Positions 1-9,100 of a stretch of 37,300 nt of DNA are shown one piece after another. The position numbers and the translations under genes were made by a program. How positions within the stretch are numbered: position 1 is the first letter of the stretch; each line of letters begins with the position of its first letter. The notes under the pieces are model-generated. The model did not search any database. It was not told where the DNA came from and saw only the letters and a list, made by a program, of their open reading frames with translations. Source of the DNA: a virus (Duplodnaviria > Heunggongvirae > Uroviricota > Caudoviricetes); the IMG/VR virus record IMGVR_UViG_2925908680_000006; one strand, written 5' to 3'.

Positions 1-807
1 TTATGTAGCCGAAATGGTTGTGGTAATAGTCCCCCGAAGCCGCTGCGCTGCTACCTCAAAATAATGATCACTGGTTTCTATACCAATAAATTTTCGCCCT
101 GCTTTCAGTGCAGCCACACCCGTTGTCCCTGACCCCATAAAAGGATCAAGGACTGTTCCGCCACTATTCACAGTCCTGACCAGTTCCGCCATTAGTTCTT
201 CTGGTTTTCCGGTCGGGTGCATTTTCTTTGACGGGATAACCGGGTACGTCATGCAGCCGTCGAACGGCCCCGAAGGCGATTTATCTAAATGACCTTTGCT
301 GCCCCAGACGATGTATTCGCACTGATGCCTGAAATACCCCGTATGGGGTGTTCGTGACCCCCTCCCTTTGTTCCACGCAATGATGCCGCGCCATGTAAAG
401 CCGCTGGCCTGAAACGCATCGGTTAAAGCTGGTAGTTGTCGCCAGTCAGTAAATACCAAGGCATAACCGCCCGGCCTGACTGCGCGGTGTGCCTGTGCCA
501 TCCATAATTGTGTCCAGTAAGCCCACGAACGGGCGTCCATGTTTTCACCCGCGAACCCATCAAAGCGGTGAAGGTTCTCGCCGTTCAGATATTTTGCATG
601 GCTGCCCTGGTTGGTGCGTCCGGCCTTGTGTGTCGCACCCGAACTGTAAGGCGGGTCAGTGATTAAGGCATCAATGCTTTCTGGCTCAATCAGCGGCAAT
701 ATTTCCAGCGCATTCCCACGACAGAGCGTGGCATTGTCAGTCTGATAAACCTTAGTGTGTTCCGGTGTATGTGCTGGTTGGTGCTGGATTGCGATCCCCA
801 CGGTCAT
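1..807 (-). CDS. DNA amino-methyltransferase (N6-adenine or N4-cytosine), beta-class motif order
   Basis: 268 aa; DPPY catalytic motif near the N-terminus followed much later by FMGSGTTGVAA AdoMet-binding motif; ATG at 807. Confidence 0.85.
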   Translation of the reverse strand: MTVGIAIQHQPAHTPEHTKVYQTDNATLCRGNALEILPLIEPESIDALITDPPYSSGATHKAGRTNQGSHAKYLNGENLHRFDGFAGENMDARSWAYWTQLWMAQAHRAVRPGGYALVFTDWRQLPALTDAFQASGFTWRGIIAWNKGRGSRTPHTGYFRHQCEYIVWGSKGHLDKSPSGPFDGCMTYPVIPSKKMHPTGKPEELMAELVRTVNSGGTVLDPFMGSGTTGVAALKAGRKFIGIETSDHYFEVAAQRLRGTITTTISAT

Positions 808-949
808 AACTCCTCATGTGTGTGGGGTGCTCGATGGCTCTCGTTATCTGGTTAAGTATTTTGCAGCGCGGACATTTTATTTCAATGTAGTGAAATGAGG
901 CGCGGGCAAGTAGTTTGTTGCAATTTTTGCATCGTACATTTTGCGTCAT
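752..949 (-). CDS. com: Com-like zinc-finger protein (Mu Com family translational regulator)
   Basis: 65 aa from ATG at 949 with GAGGTG SD; RCKNCNKLL...HYIEIKCPRCK matches remembered Mu Com; 3' end overlaps the methyltransferase start by 56 nt. Confidence 0.7.
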   Translation of the reverse strand: MTQNVRCKNCNKLLARASFHYIEIKCPRCKILNQITRAIEHPTHMRSYDRGDRNPAPTSTYTGTH

Positions 950-991
950 TTGCGGCACCTCTTGTGTGGTTACTGCTGCCGATATGATAAC

Positions 992-1031
992 AAATCGATC
1001 GCTTTTATCGATCGGATTTATTGCATCGATC
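992..1031 (-). promoter_or_regulatory. Cluster of three GATC sites in imperfect palindromes, in the upstream region of com-methyltransferase
   Basis: GATC at 997-1000, 1010-1013 and 1028-1031, each inside ATCGATC; 50-80 bp upstream of the com ATG. Confidence 0.4.
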
Positions 1032-1077
1032 TGTTATGCCTATTACTTATGAATGGTGTTACCCTCATTTATGAGGG

Positions 1078-1114
1078 CAACAAAAAGAAAACCCGCAGTT
1101 TTTACGCTGCGGGT
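1078..1114 (-). terminator. Rho-independent terminator downstream of the TM2-domain gene
   Basis: acccgcag / ctgcgggt 8-bp stem (1091-1114) followed on the minus strand by a T-rich tract. Confidence 0.55.
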
Positions 1115-1141
1115 TTGTCATTCTGATTCGCCCACTAGGCA

Positions 1142-1438
1142 TTAGCCATATTTGCGGGCAAAGTCTTCATCAGAGGTGCATAGATAGATAAAAAACTCAA
1201 TAAATGCCACGATTGCCGGAATGAATGTCCAGCAAAAAATAAGGTAAAGGAATCCTTGCCCCACTTTACCTAAATAAAATTTGTGTGCACCAAGACCACC
1301 TAAAAAGAAAGCCAGTAGTGCGGCTGTCATTCTGCTTTTTGAACTTGCTGTTCTTTGAGGTGCTCCACAATTGGGGCAGGATGTGGCATCTTTATGTATT
1401 TCCTTGCCGCATCCGCGACAAAATACCATTTCACTCAT
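1142..1438 (-). CDS. Zinc-ribbon plus TM2-domain membrane protein, function unknown
   Basis: 98 aa; N-terminal CRGCGK...CPNCG zinc ribbon, then two hydrophobic helices with a GG.GAHKFYLGK motif. Confidence 0.6.
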   Translation of the reverse strand: MSEMVFCRGCGKEIHKDATSCPNCGAPQRTASSKSRMTAALLAFFLGGLGAHKFYLGKVGQGFLYLIFCWTFIPAIVAFIEFFIYLCTSDEDFARKYG

Positions 1439-1904
1439 AAAGAGTTCCTTTCAAATTTAAATAAGCGTTAAGCCCCCACTCTTACTGGTGGGCCTCAATT
1501 TAAATTTGGGTGCCACTTCGACCATACCCTGGCAACCGATTGACGGGGGATTGCTCCCCCGTCGCGGTTTCCTTACTGCTTACACTGTAAGAACGCCGCA
1601 AACTCCGCTCCCCAAAAGCTCATCCGTATTTCACACAGCGAACCGTGCAGCATCCAGATGATGAGGATTACCGTCACGCAGAACGTAATGGCCGTAAGCG
1701 ATTTTTGCGACATAGCGCTTGCTCCTTTGTTGGAGAGGCGCTAACCTATCACTTGCTTAAGGTAGATATGTTAGGGCCTCGGTTAAACAGAAATGTTTTC
1801 CGGGGCCTTTCCACATCTGGCCTTCGGGTATTCCCTCCGACCATCAGCCGAAAGGCACCCGCGCGTAATCTATCGCTTTTTTGTTACTCCGGCAATTCTG
1901 CCTG

Positions 1905-2165
1905 TTAATTCTGAGATAAAGGCAAACTCATCTGATTGTTTCCTCTGTGTGAAGCTGGCAGCTCATGCCACGGGATACCTTCTGAAGAGTGAACGCCGGA
2001 GGCGTGTTTTGATGTGAATTTATGGAAAGCTTCCAGTGTTGAGAAGCATACGCCGCATTCCAGGTTGTTACACTGGTAATACTTTTGCCGCACGGTGTTT
2101 GAATCATTTTCCGGACGACTGGTGCGGATACGGGCAGATGCGCCACAAAGCGGACAACGGAACAT
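1905..2165 (-). CDS. ogr: Ogr-type zinc-finger late gene activator
   Basis: MFRCPLCGASARIRTSR...YYQCNNLECG matches the remembered P2 Ogr N-terminus and Cys pattern. Confidence 0.85.
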   Translation of the reverse strand: MFRCPLCGASARIRTSRPENDSNTVRQKYYQCNNLECGVCFSTLEAFHKFTSKHASGVHSSEGIPWHELPASHRGNNQMSLPLSQN

Positions 2166-2207
2166 AGCGACCTCCCTTAACGTGGTGCTGCCGCTATTCT
2201 AAGTTGC

Positions 2208-3317
2208 TCACTCTGTTTCTGCTATCCATTCCGGGATTTTTGCTTCAAGCTCAAGCTGCGTGGTAAAGCCACTGTTATCAATAGAGTGCTCCGCTTTTGC
2301 AATAATCCAGTCCTGATTATCAATCTCGCTTTTAAATCCTGTTACCGTGCCATGCATTTCGGGGTAGAGTTCTGCACGTCCACGCGCCAGCGTGATGGAA
2401 AATGATGCGGCTCCGCGTTGTAGTTGCTGCCACTTTGCCGCCGCTGCGCGTCTTGCTGCCTGCTCGTTCTGATAAGTCTTGCGTAACACAAACACATTGC
2501 CTTCCGCGCCTTCCATATAATCACCTTCACGGCTGCTGCTTTTCTCCTTTTTGGGTTTTGGCGGTTTACGGCGTTTCACGCTGACTTTTTTCTTTTTCCC
2601 GTAATTAAGATCAAGCCAGTAGGCGCGTACCCCCGTATACGCCTCGCGGTCAGCAATGCGGAACTGATGGCGATCGCCGCTGCTGCGTGTAATGGCGAAC
2701 GAGGGCAACGGCTGGCCCTGTGCGTTCACGCCACCACCTGGCATGATGAATAACAGATTGCCGCTTTTTACCGTGGTGATTGCGCCCAGCATTTCCGCCA
2801 TGCGCGTAAGGAAGGACATGTCGCTTTCTTCGGTCTGGTCGGCGTGGTCGATTTCGATATCCATCAGCATTTCGCTGATTTGCGGTTTCAGACCATACCG
2901 ATGAGCGATGGCGGATACCACACGCTCAACGGTCACATCATGCCAGGACACCTCACGTTTAACGTTAAATTCATCCCGAAAATCTGCGCTTCTGGCTGAA
3001 ACAGTCAGCCTGTCCGGCGGTCCTTCGTGAGCGATTTCATCAACAATGTAAGTGCCTTTTTCTGTCAGCGGTTCTCCCTTCCAGCCAATGAGAACCGTCA
3101 GGCGCGCGCCCCGTGGCGGTAGCTGCAACTGACCATCCGCATCATCCAGCGTGATGGTGAGCTGGTCCGCCTCAAATCCCCGGTTGTCGGTCAGTGACAG
3201 GCTCATCAGGCGCTCTGCCACGCCTGACAGCGTTTTACCCTCCGCGAGAATATCAAAATCCGGCATTTTCACGGGGTCTGTGCCCTGACTGAGCAATTGC
3301 ATGGTGGTGTCGGTCAT
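2208..3317 (-). CDS. D: Tail protein D (late control D family)
   Basis: 369 aa from ATG at 3317 preceded by GGGAGGG SD; LTDNRGFEADQL, SARSADFR, SWHD, GFTT motifs match remembered P2 gpD; the ORF-track N-terminal extension is ignored. Confidence 0.85.
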   Translation of the reverse strand: MTDTTMQLLSQGTDPVKMPDFDILAEGKTLSGVAERLMSLSLTDNRGFEADQLTITLDDADGQLQLPPRGARLTVLIGWKGEPLTEKGTYIVDEIAHEGPPDRLTVSARSADFRDEFNVKREVSWHDVTVERVVSAIAHRYGLKPQISEMLMDIEIDHADQTEESDMSFLTRMAEMLGAITTVKSGNLLFIMPGGGVNAQGQPLPSFAITRSSGDRHQFRIADREAYTGVRAYWLDLNYGKKKKVSVKRRKPPKPKKEKSSSREGDYMEGAEGNVFVLRKTYQNEQAARRAAAAKWQQLQRGAASFSITLARGRAELYPEMHGTVTGFKSEIDNQDWIIAKAEHSIDNSGFTTQLELEAKIPEWIAETE

Positions 3318-3474
3318 CTGCTCCCTCCCTGTGTGGCATGGTCGCATGTGCGTGCGGAGGGGGTTACTGCTTTTTGTTGTCGCCGTGGCGGGAGAATGGC
3401 GCAGGGGTGAGATTACGCGCGTGGTGGGTGATGATTGTTGCCGAATCATTTAACGGATACAAGGGGCTGAAGCT

Positions 3475-4659
3475 ATGAGTGAAACTCGTTTTCATGGTGC
3501 CCGTGTTACGGAAAATACCGACCTGGTAACAGCGATTAACGATGTTGATTCCAGCGTTATCGGTATCGTGGCAACGGCGGATGATGCGGACGCGAAGCTG
3601 TTCCCGCTGAACAAGCCCACACTGCTGACCCGCGTCAATGACGTGCTGGGAAAATGCGGAACAACGGGGACGCTTTATCGTGCGCTTAAGGCCATCGCAG
3701 ACCAGGTGAGCACAAAGGTGATCGTCGTTCGCGTGGCTGAACACAAAGAAGAAGACGGAAAGACGCAGGATCAACTGGTTATCGGTGGTTCTGAGGATGA
3801 CGGCAGCTATACGGGGATGTATGCGCTGCTTGTTGCAGAGCAGGATGAAAGCATCGGATACCGTCCGCGTATTCTGGCCGCGCCGGAGCTGGACACGGAG
3901 GCTGTAACAAAATCCCTGTGCGTGATTGCAGGTAAACTGCGCGCGTTTGTGTATGCCTCATGTCACGGCTGTAACACGATGGCTGAGGCGATTACCTACC
4001 GCCAGAAATTCAACGAACGTGAGGTGATGCTCTTATGGCCGGACTTCATCGCCTACAACCCGAAAAGTGGCAAAAACGAAACGTTCCCCGCGCCTGCCTA
4101 TGCGTGCGGCCTTCGTGCGTACATTGACCATGAGCAGGGATGGCACAAATCACTGTCCAACGTTCCGGTTAAAAATGTGCTGGGGATGTCGAGGCATGTG
4201 TTCTGGTCGTTACAGGCCGAAGACAGTGATGCCAACAGCCTCAACAACAAAGAAATCACGACCATTATTCGTCGCAACGGGTTCCGCTTCTGGGGCAACC
4301 GCACACCGGAAACGAACGCCTACATCTTTGAGGTGTATACCCGAACCGCACAGGTGCTGGCTGATTCAATTGCGGAAGCGCAGTTTGAAACCATCGACAG
4401 TCCACTGACGCCTGCGAACGTGAAGGATGTTATCAGTGCCATCAGGGCAAAACTGGATTCACTGGTTACTGCCGGGAAACTGATTGGCGCGGAGTGCTGG
4501 TATGACGTGGTGGATAACAGCACCACGGATTTACGTCAGGGACGTGTGCGTATTCGCTACAAATATACGCCCGTTCCGCCACTGGAAGACATGGAGCTTT
4601 ACCAGACGTTTACTGATGAATACTTTGAACCCGCATTTGCGGTGCTGGGAGGTGCCTGA
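3475..4659 (+). CDS. FI: Tail sheath protein FI
   Basis: 394 aa; FPLNKP, LRAF, GWHK, RFWGNRT, YTPVPPLE motifs match remembered P2 gpFI. Confidence 0.92.
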   Translation: MSETRFHGARVTENTDLVTAINDVDSSVIGIVATADDADAKLFPLNKPTLLTRVNDVLGKCGTTGTLYRALKAIADQVSTKVIVVRVAEHKEEDGKTQDQLVIGGSEDDGSYTGMYALLVAEQDESIGYRPRILAAPELDTEAVTKSLCVIAGKLRAFVYASCHGCNTMAEAITYRQKFNEREVMLLWPDFIAYNPKSGKNETFPAPAYACGLRAYIDHEQGWHKSLSNVPVKNVLGMSRHVFWSLQAEDSDANSLNNKEITTIIRRNGFRFWGNRTPETNAYIFEVYTRTAQVLADSIAEAQFETIDSPLTPANVKDVISAIRAKLDSLVTAGKLIGAECWYDVVDNSTTDLRQGRVRIRYKYTPVPPLEDMELYQTFTDEYFEPAFAVLGGA

Positions 4660-5171
4660 TGGCTGTGCCAAAACATCTTCGCTTTTTTACGCTGTTTGTG
4701 GATGGTGAAAACGAAGTGGGTAAGGTGACGTCCGTCACTCTGCCTAAGCTGACGCGCAAAACCGACAGCTACCGGGGTGGTGGCATGATGGGGGCGGTAA
4801 GTATTGATCTCGGCCTGGACGACTCCGCGCTTGATGCGAGCTTTGTCATGGGGGGCGCAGTTCGTGAGCTGTTCCTTAAGTATGGCGGCACGATTGACGG
4901 CACACTGCTGCGTTTTGCGGGTGAATACTACACCGATGCAGAAAGCGACCTGTATGAAGTCGAAATGCGCGGACGTGTGACGGAAATTGATATGGGGGAA
5001 GCCAAACAGGGCGAAGCCACATCACACACTTATGCCATTAAAAACACCTACTACAAGCTGAGTGTTAACGATCGCCCGTTGTGGGAGATTGACCTGCTGA
5101 ACTTCATTTACCGGAAGGACGGCAAGGACATTGTGCCCGATCGCATCCGTTCCGCGCTTGGGCTTGGCTGA
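4659..5171 (+). CDS. FII: Tail tube protein FII
   Basis: 170 aa; start overlaps the FI stop (TGATG); size and position match P2 gpFII. Confidence 0.85.
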   Translation: MAVPKHLRFFTLFVDGENEVGKVTSVTLPKLTRKTDSYRGGGMMGAVSIDLGLDDSALDASFVMGGAVRELFLKYGGTIDGTLLRFAGEYYTDAESDLYEVEMRGRVTEIDMGEAKQGEATSHTYAIKNTYYKLSVNDRPLWEIDLLNFIYRKDGKDIVPDRIRSALGLG

Positions 5172-5225
5172 TAAGTAATATGCAGGCGGCGCAGTGCGTC
5201 GCCTCTGACTGAAAGGAGTTTCCTG

Positions 5226-5591
5226 ATGAAAGAGACGAAAAACATCGATACCGAAAACACGGTAGTTACTGACACTGTGAAAGAAACCAGTGAGCGTGGC
5301 GTAAAACTTACCCAACCAATTGAGCGAAGCGGCGAAAAAATCACGTATGTGGAGATCACCGGGGCTATTGAGCAGGCTGGATCTCTGCGAGATTTGTCGC
5401 TGTCTGATGTGCTGAGTCTGAAAGCGGAATCCATGTTTACGCTGCTGTCACGCGTGACATCACCGCGACTGGATGAAGTGACGATCAAAAAAATGGCATC
5501 CCGTGACTTTATTCAGTTATGTGTGGTTGCCGTAAATTTTTTGAGCGGTGCGGACTCTGGCGGGAAGAACGAACAGGCGACGGAAGCCTGA
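5226..5591 (+). CDS. E: Tail assembly chaperone E
   Basis: 121 aa between tube and tape-measure genes; contains the slippery site. Confidence 0.8.
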   Translation: MKETKNIDTENTVVTDTVKETSERGVKLTQPIERSGEKITYVEITGAIEQAGSLRDLSLSDVLSLKAESMFTLLSRVTSPRLDEVTIKKMASRDFIQLCVVAVNFLSGADSGGKNEQATEA

Positions 5592-5755
5592 TCACGGTTG
5601 TGTGCTTTGAGCACATAGAAGACTTTGTGGCAGATATTGCCGTTATTTTTAACTGGTCGCCCGCCGAAATCTTCATGATGACGCCCGGCGAAGTGGTTAG
5701 CTGGCGTGAGCGGGCGGCACTTCGCAGCGGGAATGCAGACAATGAAGACTCTTGA
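5226..5755 (+). CDS. E': Tail assembly chaperone E+E' (-1 frameshift product)
   Basis: The -1 frame is open from the TTTTTTG heptamer at 5538-5544 to 5755 and ends inside the tape-measure start. Confidence 0.7.
5538..5544 (+). other. Programmed -1 ribosomal frameshift slippery heptamer TTTTTTG
   Basis: T6G in frame N_TTT_TTG within E, with the -1 ORF open downstream. Confidence 0.7.
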
Positions 5756-8549
5756 TATCCGGGTCGCTTTCAGCGCCGTTGACAGGCTGACCCGACCTGC
5801 CGAAAACGCACGCCGCCTGATGGGGCAGTTTGGTGACTCCATCCAGCGAACGCAGGGGGCGATCAAAAATCTCGAGCGTCAGGCGCGTTCATTTGAGCGC
5901 GCCCGCGACGCTGTCAGTAAAGCGGATGCGGGTATCGTGAAAGCACGACGCCAGCTTAACGCCCTTAATCAGTTACAACGCACGGGTACAGTGCTCAGCG
6001 AAAAACAACAAAAGCTGATGCAGCAGTTAAGCACCCGGCTTGAACGCCTGAATGAATCGCGCACACGGGAAATTCAGAAAATGCGGGAGCTTGGCGGAGA
6101 GCTGAAACGCCACGGCATTTCCCTGACAGGCAGCGATAACACCATCCAGCAGGCCATCAGACGCACCGAACAGTACAACAACCAGCTTGAACGCGAACGG
6201 CAGGCGCTTGCGCGTGTAACGCGGGCGCGTGAGCGGTATTCGCGCGCGCAGGAAACAGCGGGAAAACTGAAAACAGGTGGTGCGCTGGCAATTGGTGCGG
6301 CAGCGGCGGGCGGCTATGCTGCCGGGCGTTTTTTGCAGCCTGCGATCGGGTTCGGGAAAGAGATGTCCCGCGTTCAGGCACTGACGCGAATCGACAAAAA
6401 CAGCCCGCAGTTTAAGGCGCTGCGTGAGCAGGCGTTAAAACTTGGCTCTGAAACGCAGTTCACCGCAGGCGATGCCGCCAGTGGGCAGGCATTTCTTGCA
6501 ATGGCTGGCTTCACACCGCAGGCCATTCAGGCTGCGCTTCCGGGCGTGCTGAGCATGGCAACGGCTGGCGGTATGGACCTTGGCGAGACGGCGGATATTG
6601 GCTCAAATATCCTGACGCAGTTCGGCCTCTCCGCTGACCAGATGGACCGGGTCGGTGACACGCTTACAGCAGCGTTTACCCGTACTAACACTGACCTTCG
6701 CGCGCTGGGCGAAACCATGAAATATGCAGGTCCGGTGGCGGGTAAGCTGGGAATATCGCTGGAGCAGGCCGCAGCGATGGCGGGCGTGCTGGCGAATATG
6801 GGTATCAGAGGGAGTGATGCCGGGACGGCAATGCGTGCCAGCCTGGCTCGTCTGGCATCACCGCCAAAGGCGGCAGCAGAGGCGCTGAAAGAGCTTGGCG
6901 TGTCTGTCTCGGATGCCGGGGGCAAAATGCGCCCGATGGAGGATGTGCTGGCTGACCTTTATAAAGCTACCCGCAAATACGGGGAAGTTGACCGGGTATC
7001 GTTCTTTAAGGACATTGCCGGAGAAGAGGCTTTCACATCATTTATGGCCCTCGTTGATGCGGCAGGTGACGGCTCCTTACCCAAACTGAGAAAAGAACTT
7101 GAAGGCGCGCGCGGTGAGGCTGAACGCACGGCAAAGGTTATGGCCAACAACCTTGACGGCGATCTGAAATCACTCAGCAGTGCATGGGAAGGGTTGCGCA
7201 TCCGCATTGCAGATCTGATTGACGGTCCGCTGCGTTCTGTCACGCAGTGGCTCACGCGTGTGGTATCAAAGGTGACGGCGCTGGCGCAGGCCCATCCCGC
7301 ACTGACGCGCCAGCTACTGATTGCAGGCGGCGCACTGCTGGCAATGACTGCAACGGTTGGCTCGTTGTCGCTGGCTATTGGTGTGCTTGCTGGCCCGCTG
7401 ACAAAACTGCGTCTTGGTTTTTCCCTCCTGACCGGATCAATGAATGCTGTCAGGGTTCTGCCAGCACTATGGGGAATGGTGACGGGTTCCGTTTCTTTAC
7501 TGGGAGGCGCTATCGGGGCGTTGTTCAGTCCGGTTGGTCTTATCGTGGCTGCGCTTGCCGGAGCTGCCGTTCTTATCTGGAAATACTGGGATCCCATCAG
7601 GGCATTTTTTGCCGGGGTGTTCAGCGGGATTATGGAAAGGCTGACCCCGTTGCGCGAAACCTTTGAACGGTTTGGTCCTGTTTTTGACGCAATCGGGAGT
7701 GGGATCAGCCAGGTGTTTAACTGGTTTAAATCGCTGCTGTCACCGATGGAGTCCAGCAAGGAAACGCTGGATAAATGTACCAGTGCTGGCGAGATATTCG
7801 GTAACGTTCTTGGCGGTGCGTTACAACTTGTTCTGACACCTGCAAAAATGTTGCTGGATACGCTGGCGTGGATACTTGAAAAGCTCGGTGTGCTTCCGGA
7901 TGAAGCGGAAAGGGCGCGCAAGAAAATCGAAGACGCACAGCGTGCGGCCATTCTTCAGGACAAGGTTGCCTTGCTTCAGGGGGACCTGGCGAAAATCAAT
8001 CCGCCGAAGCCTGTGGAAAATGGCAATGGCACCGGAGGTGATAAACCCAAAGACAACAAACCGCTCACAGACAGCAATACCGGTACGCTACGCAGACTCA
8101 GCAAAATTGCTGATAACACAGGTAAGCTGGTTGATGAGACGAAAAAACGTATTGGCCCCGGCGATATTGTCTTTAAGAACCTGCCCCGCGCACTTGCCGT
8201 TCGTGGGGAGTGGCAGGAGCGGAAGATTGCGCAGGTCAGTAAGCCTGCCCCCGCAATTAATATCACACCTGTGGTTCCGGCTCCGCTGCCTCCGGCGCTG
8301 GTCCCTGTTGTTGCGGCCAGCTCCCGCCCGGTGGCAGAGGCCATACGATCGCCAGTGGCATCAGTTCCTGCAACTTCCCGTAACCGGGAGCCTGTTGCCT
8401 GCGGATTTGGCGGTGAAATTCATGTTCATCTGCATAACGTTGTTACACAGAATCCCCGCGAACTGGCGAAACTGGTCGGTGAAATGGTCAGGGCAGAAAT
8501 GGAACGGCGCGCCCGTGCCGGGCGTGGCAGTTTTTACGATAAAGATTGA
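5733..8549 (+). CDS. T: Tail tape-measure protein T
   Basis: About 938 aa; coiled-coil N-terminus, Gly/Ala-rich hydrophobic middle; position after E/E'. Confidence 0.9.
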   Translation: MQTMKTLDIRVAFSAVDRLTRPAENARRLMGQFGDSIQRTQGAIKNLERQARSFERARDAVSKADAGIVKARRQLNALNQLQRTGTVLSEKQQKLMQQLSTRLERLNESRTREIQKMRELGGELKRHGISLTGSDNTIQQAIRRTEQYNNQLERERQALARVTRARERYSRAQETAGKLKTGGALAIGAAAAGGYAAGRFLQPAIGFGKEMSRVQALTRIDKNSPQFKALREQALKLGSETQFTAGDAASGQAFLAMAGFTPQAIQAALPGVLSMATAGGMDLGETADIGSNILTQFGLSADQMDRVGDTLTAAFTRTNTDLRALGETMKYAGPVAGKLGISLEQAAAMAGVLANMGIRGSDAGTAMRASLARLASPPKAAAEALKELGVSVSDAGGKMRPMEDVLADLYKATRKYGEVDRVSFFKDIAGEEAFTSFMALVDAAGDGSLPKLRKELEGARGEAERTAKVMANNLDGDLKSLSSAWEGLRIRIADLIDGPLRSVTQWLTRVVSKVTALAQAHPALTRQLLIAGGALLAMTATVGSLSLAIGVLAGPLTKLRLGFSLLTGSMNAVRVLPALWGMVTGSVSLLGGAIGALFSPVGLIVAALAGAAVLIWKYWDPIRAFFAGVFSGIMERLTPLRETFERFGPVFDAIGSGISQVFNWFKSLLSPMESSKETLDKCTSAGEIFGNVLGGALQLVLTPAKMLLDTLAWILEKLGVLPDEAERARKKIEDAQRAAILQDKVALLQGDLAKINPPKPVENGNGTGGDKPKDNKPLTDSNTGTLRRLSKIADNTGKLVDETKKRIGPGDIVFKNLPRALAVRGEWQERKIAQVSKPAPAINITPVVPAPLPPALVPVVAASSRPVAEAIRSPVASVPATSRNREPVACGFGGEIHVHLHNVVTQNPRELAKLVGEMVRAEMERRARAGRGSFYDKD

Positions 8550-8555
8550 GGAGTC

Positions 8556-9050
8556 ATGGCCATGATGATGATCTACGGCATGTTTGTTTTTGAGCTGCGC
8601 ACGCTGCCGCATCAGCAGTTACAGCAAAACAAAAGCTGGCGGCATGTGAAAAATGAACGCGTTAACCGTTCAGCAAGCTGGCAGTATATCGGTGCAGGTG
8701 ATGATCGCATCGTTCTTTCTGGTGTGCTTTATCCTGAAATTACAGGTGGCGAAGTGTCGCTGTCGCTGCTGACCACGCAGGCGTATACAGGACGACCCTG
8801 GCCTTTGATTGATGGCGTCGGGCAGATTTACGGCATGTATGTCCTGACCGGAACGAATACGACCCGTTCCGAGTTTGATCGCTACGGTAAGGCGAAAAAG
8901 ATAGAATTTTCACTGACCCTTGAACGCTGTGATGAGGATTTGCGGGAGCGCCTGCAATCCTCATCGTTCAGCGATATGCTGTCCGGCTTCAAAGATAAGG
9001 TGACATCATCTCTTAACAGCGCGGCCAGTTCAGTTAAAGGGCTGTTCTGA
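8556..9050 (+). CDS. U: Tail protein U
   Basis: 164 aa starting MAMMMIYGMFVF, resembling the remembered P2 gpU N-terminus; follows T. Confidence 0.8.
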   Translation: MAMMMIYGMFVFELRTLPHQQLQQNKSWRHVKNERVNRSASWQYIGAGDDRIVLSGVLYPEITGGEVSLSLLTTQAYTGRPWPLIDGVGQIYGMYVLTGTNTTRSEFDRYGKAKKIEFSLTLERCDEDLRERLQSSSFSDMLSGFKDKVTSSLNSAASSVKGLF

Positions 9051-9054
9051 TTTA

Positions 9055-9100
9055 ACACAAAAACCGCTAATGGTCAGATTAGCGGTTATTTTGTTTTCTG
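9055..9100. terminator. Bidirectional terminator between convergent U and invertase genes
   Basis: Perfect 10-bp stem aaccgctaat / attagcggtt (9062-9087) flanked by A/T tracts on both sides. Confidence 0.7.

Noticed and set aside
1441-1900. tRNA or tmRNA gene as integration target
   Set aside because: No cloverleaf-compatible sequence or T-loop-like GGTTCGA motif found on either strand
3380-3474. Ogr-dependent late promoter upstream of FI (and in the O/P divergent region 22458-22611)
   Set aside because: Searched for the TGT-N12-ACA element I associate with P2 late promoters; found only TGT/ACA pairs at wrong spacing, so no specific promoter is annotated
6959-7951. 330-aa minus-strand ORF (and the 132-aa ORF at 6527-6925) inside the tape-measure gene
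   Set aside because: Antisense to a strongly supported 938-aa tape-measure ORF; low-complexity Ala/Ser/Pro-rich translation typical of a shadow ORF
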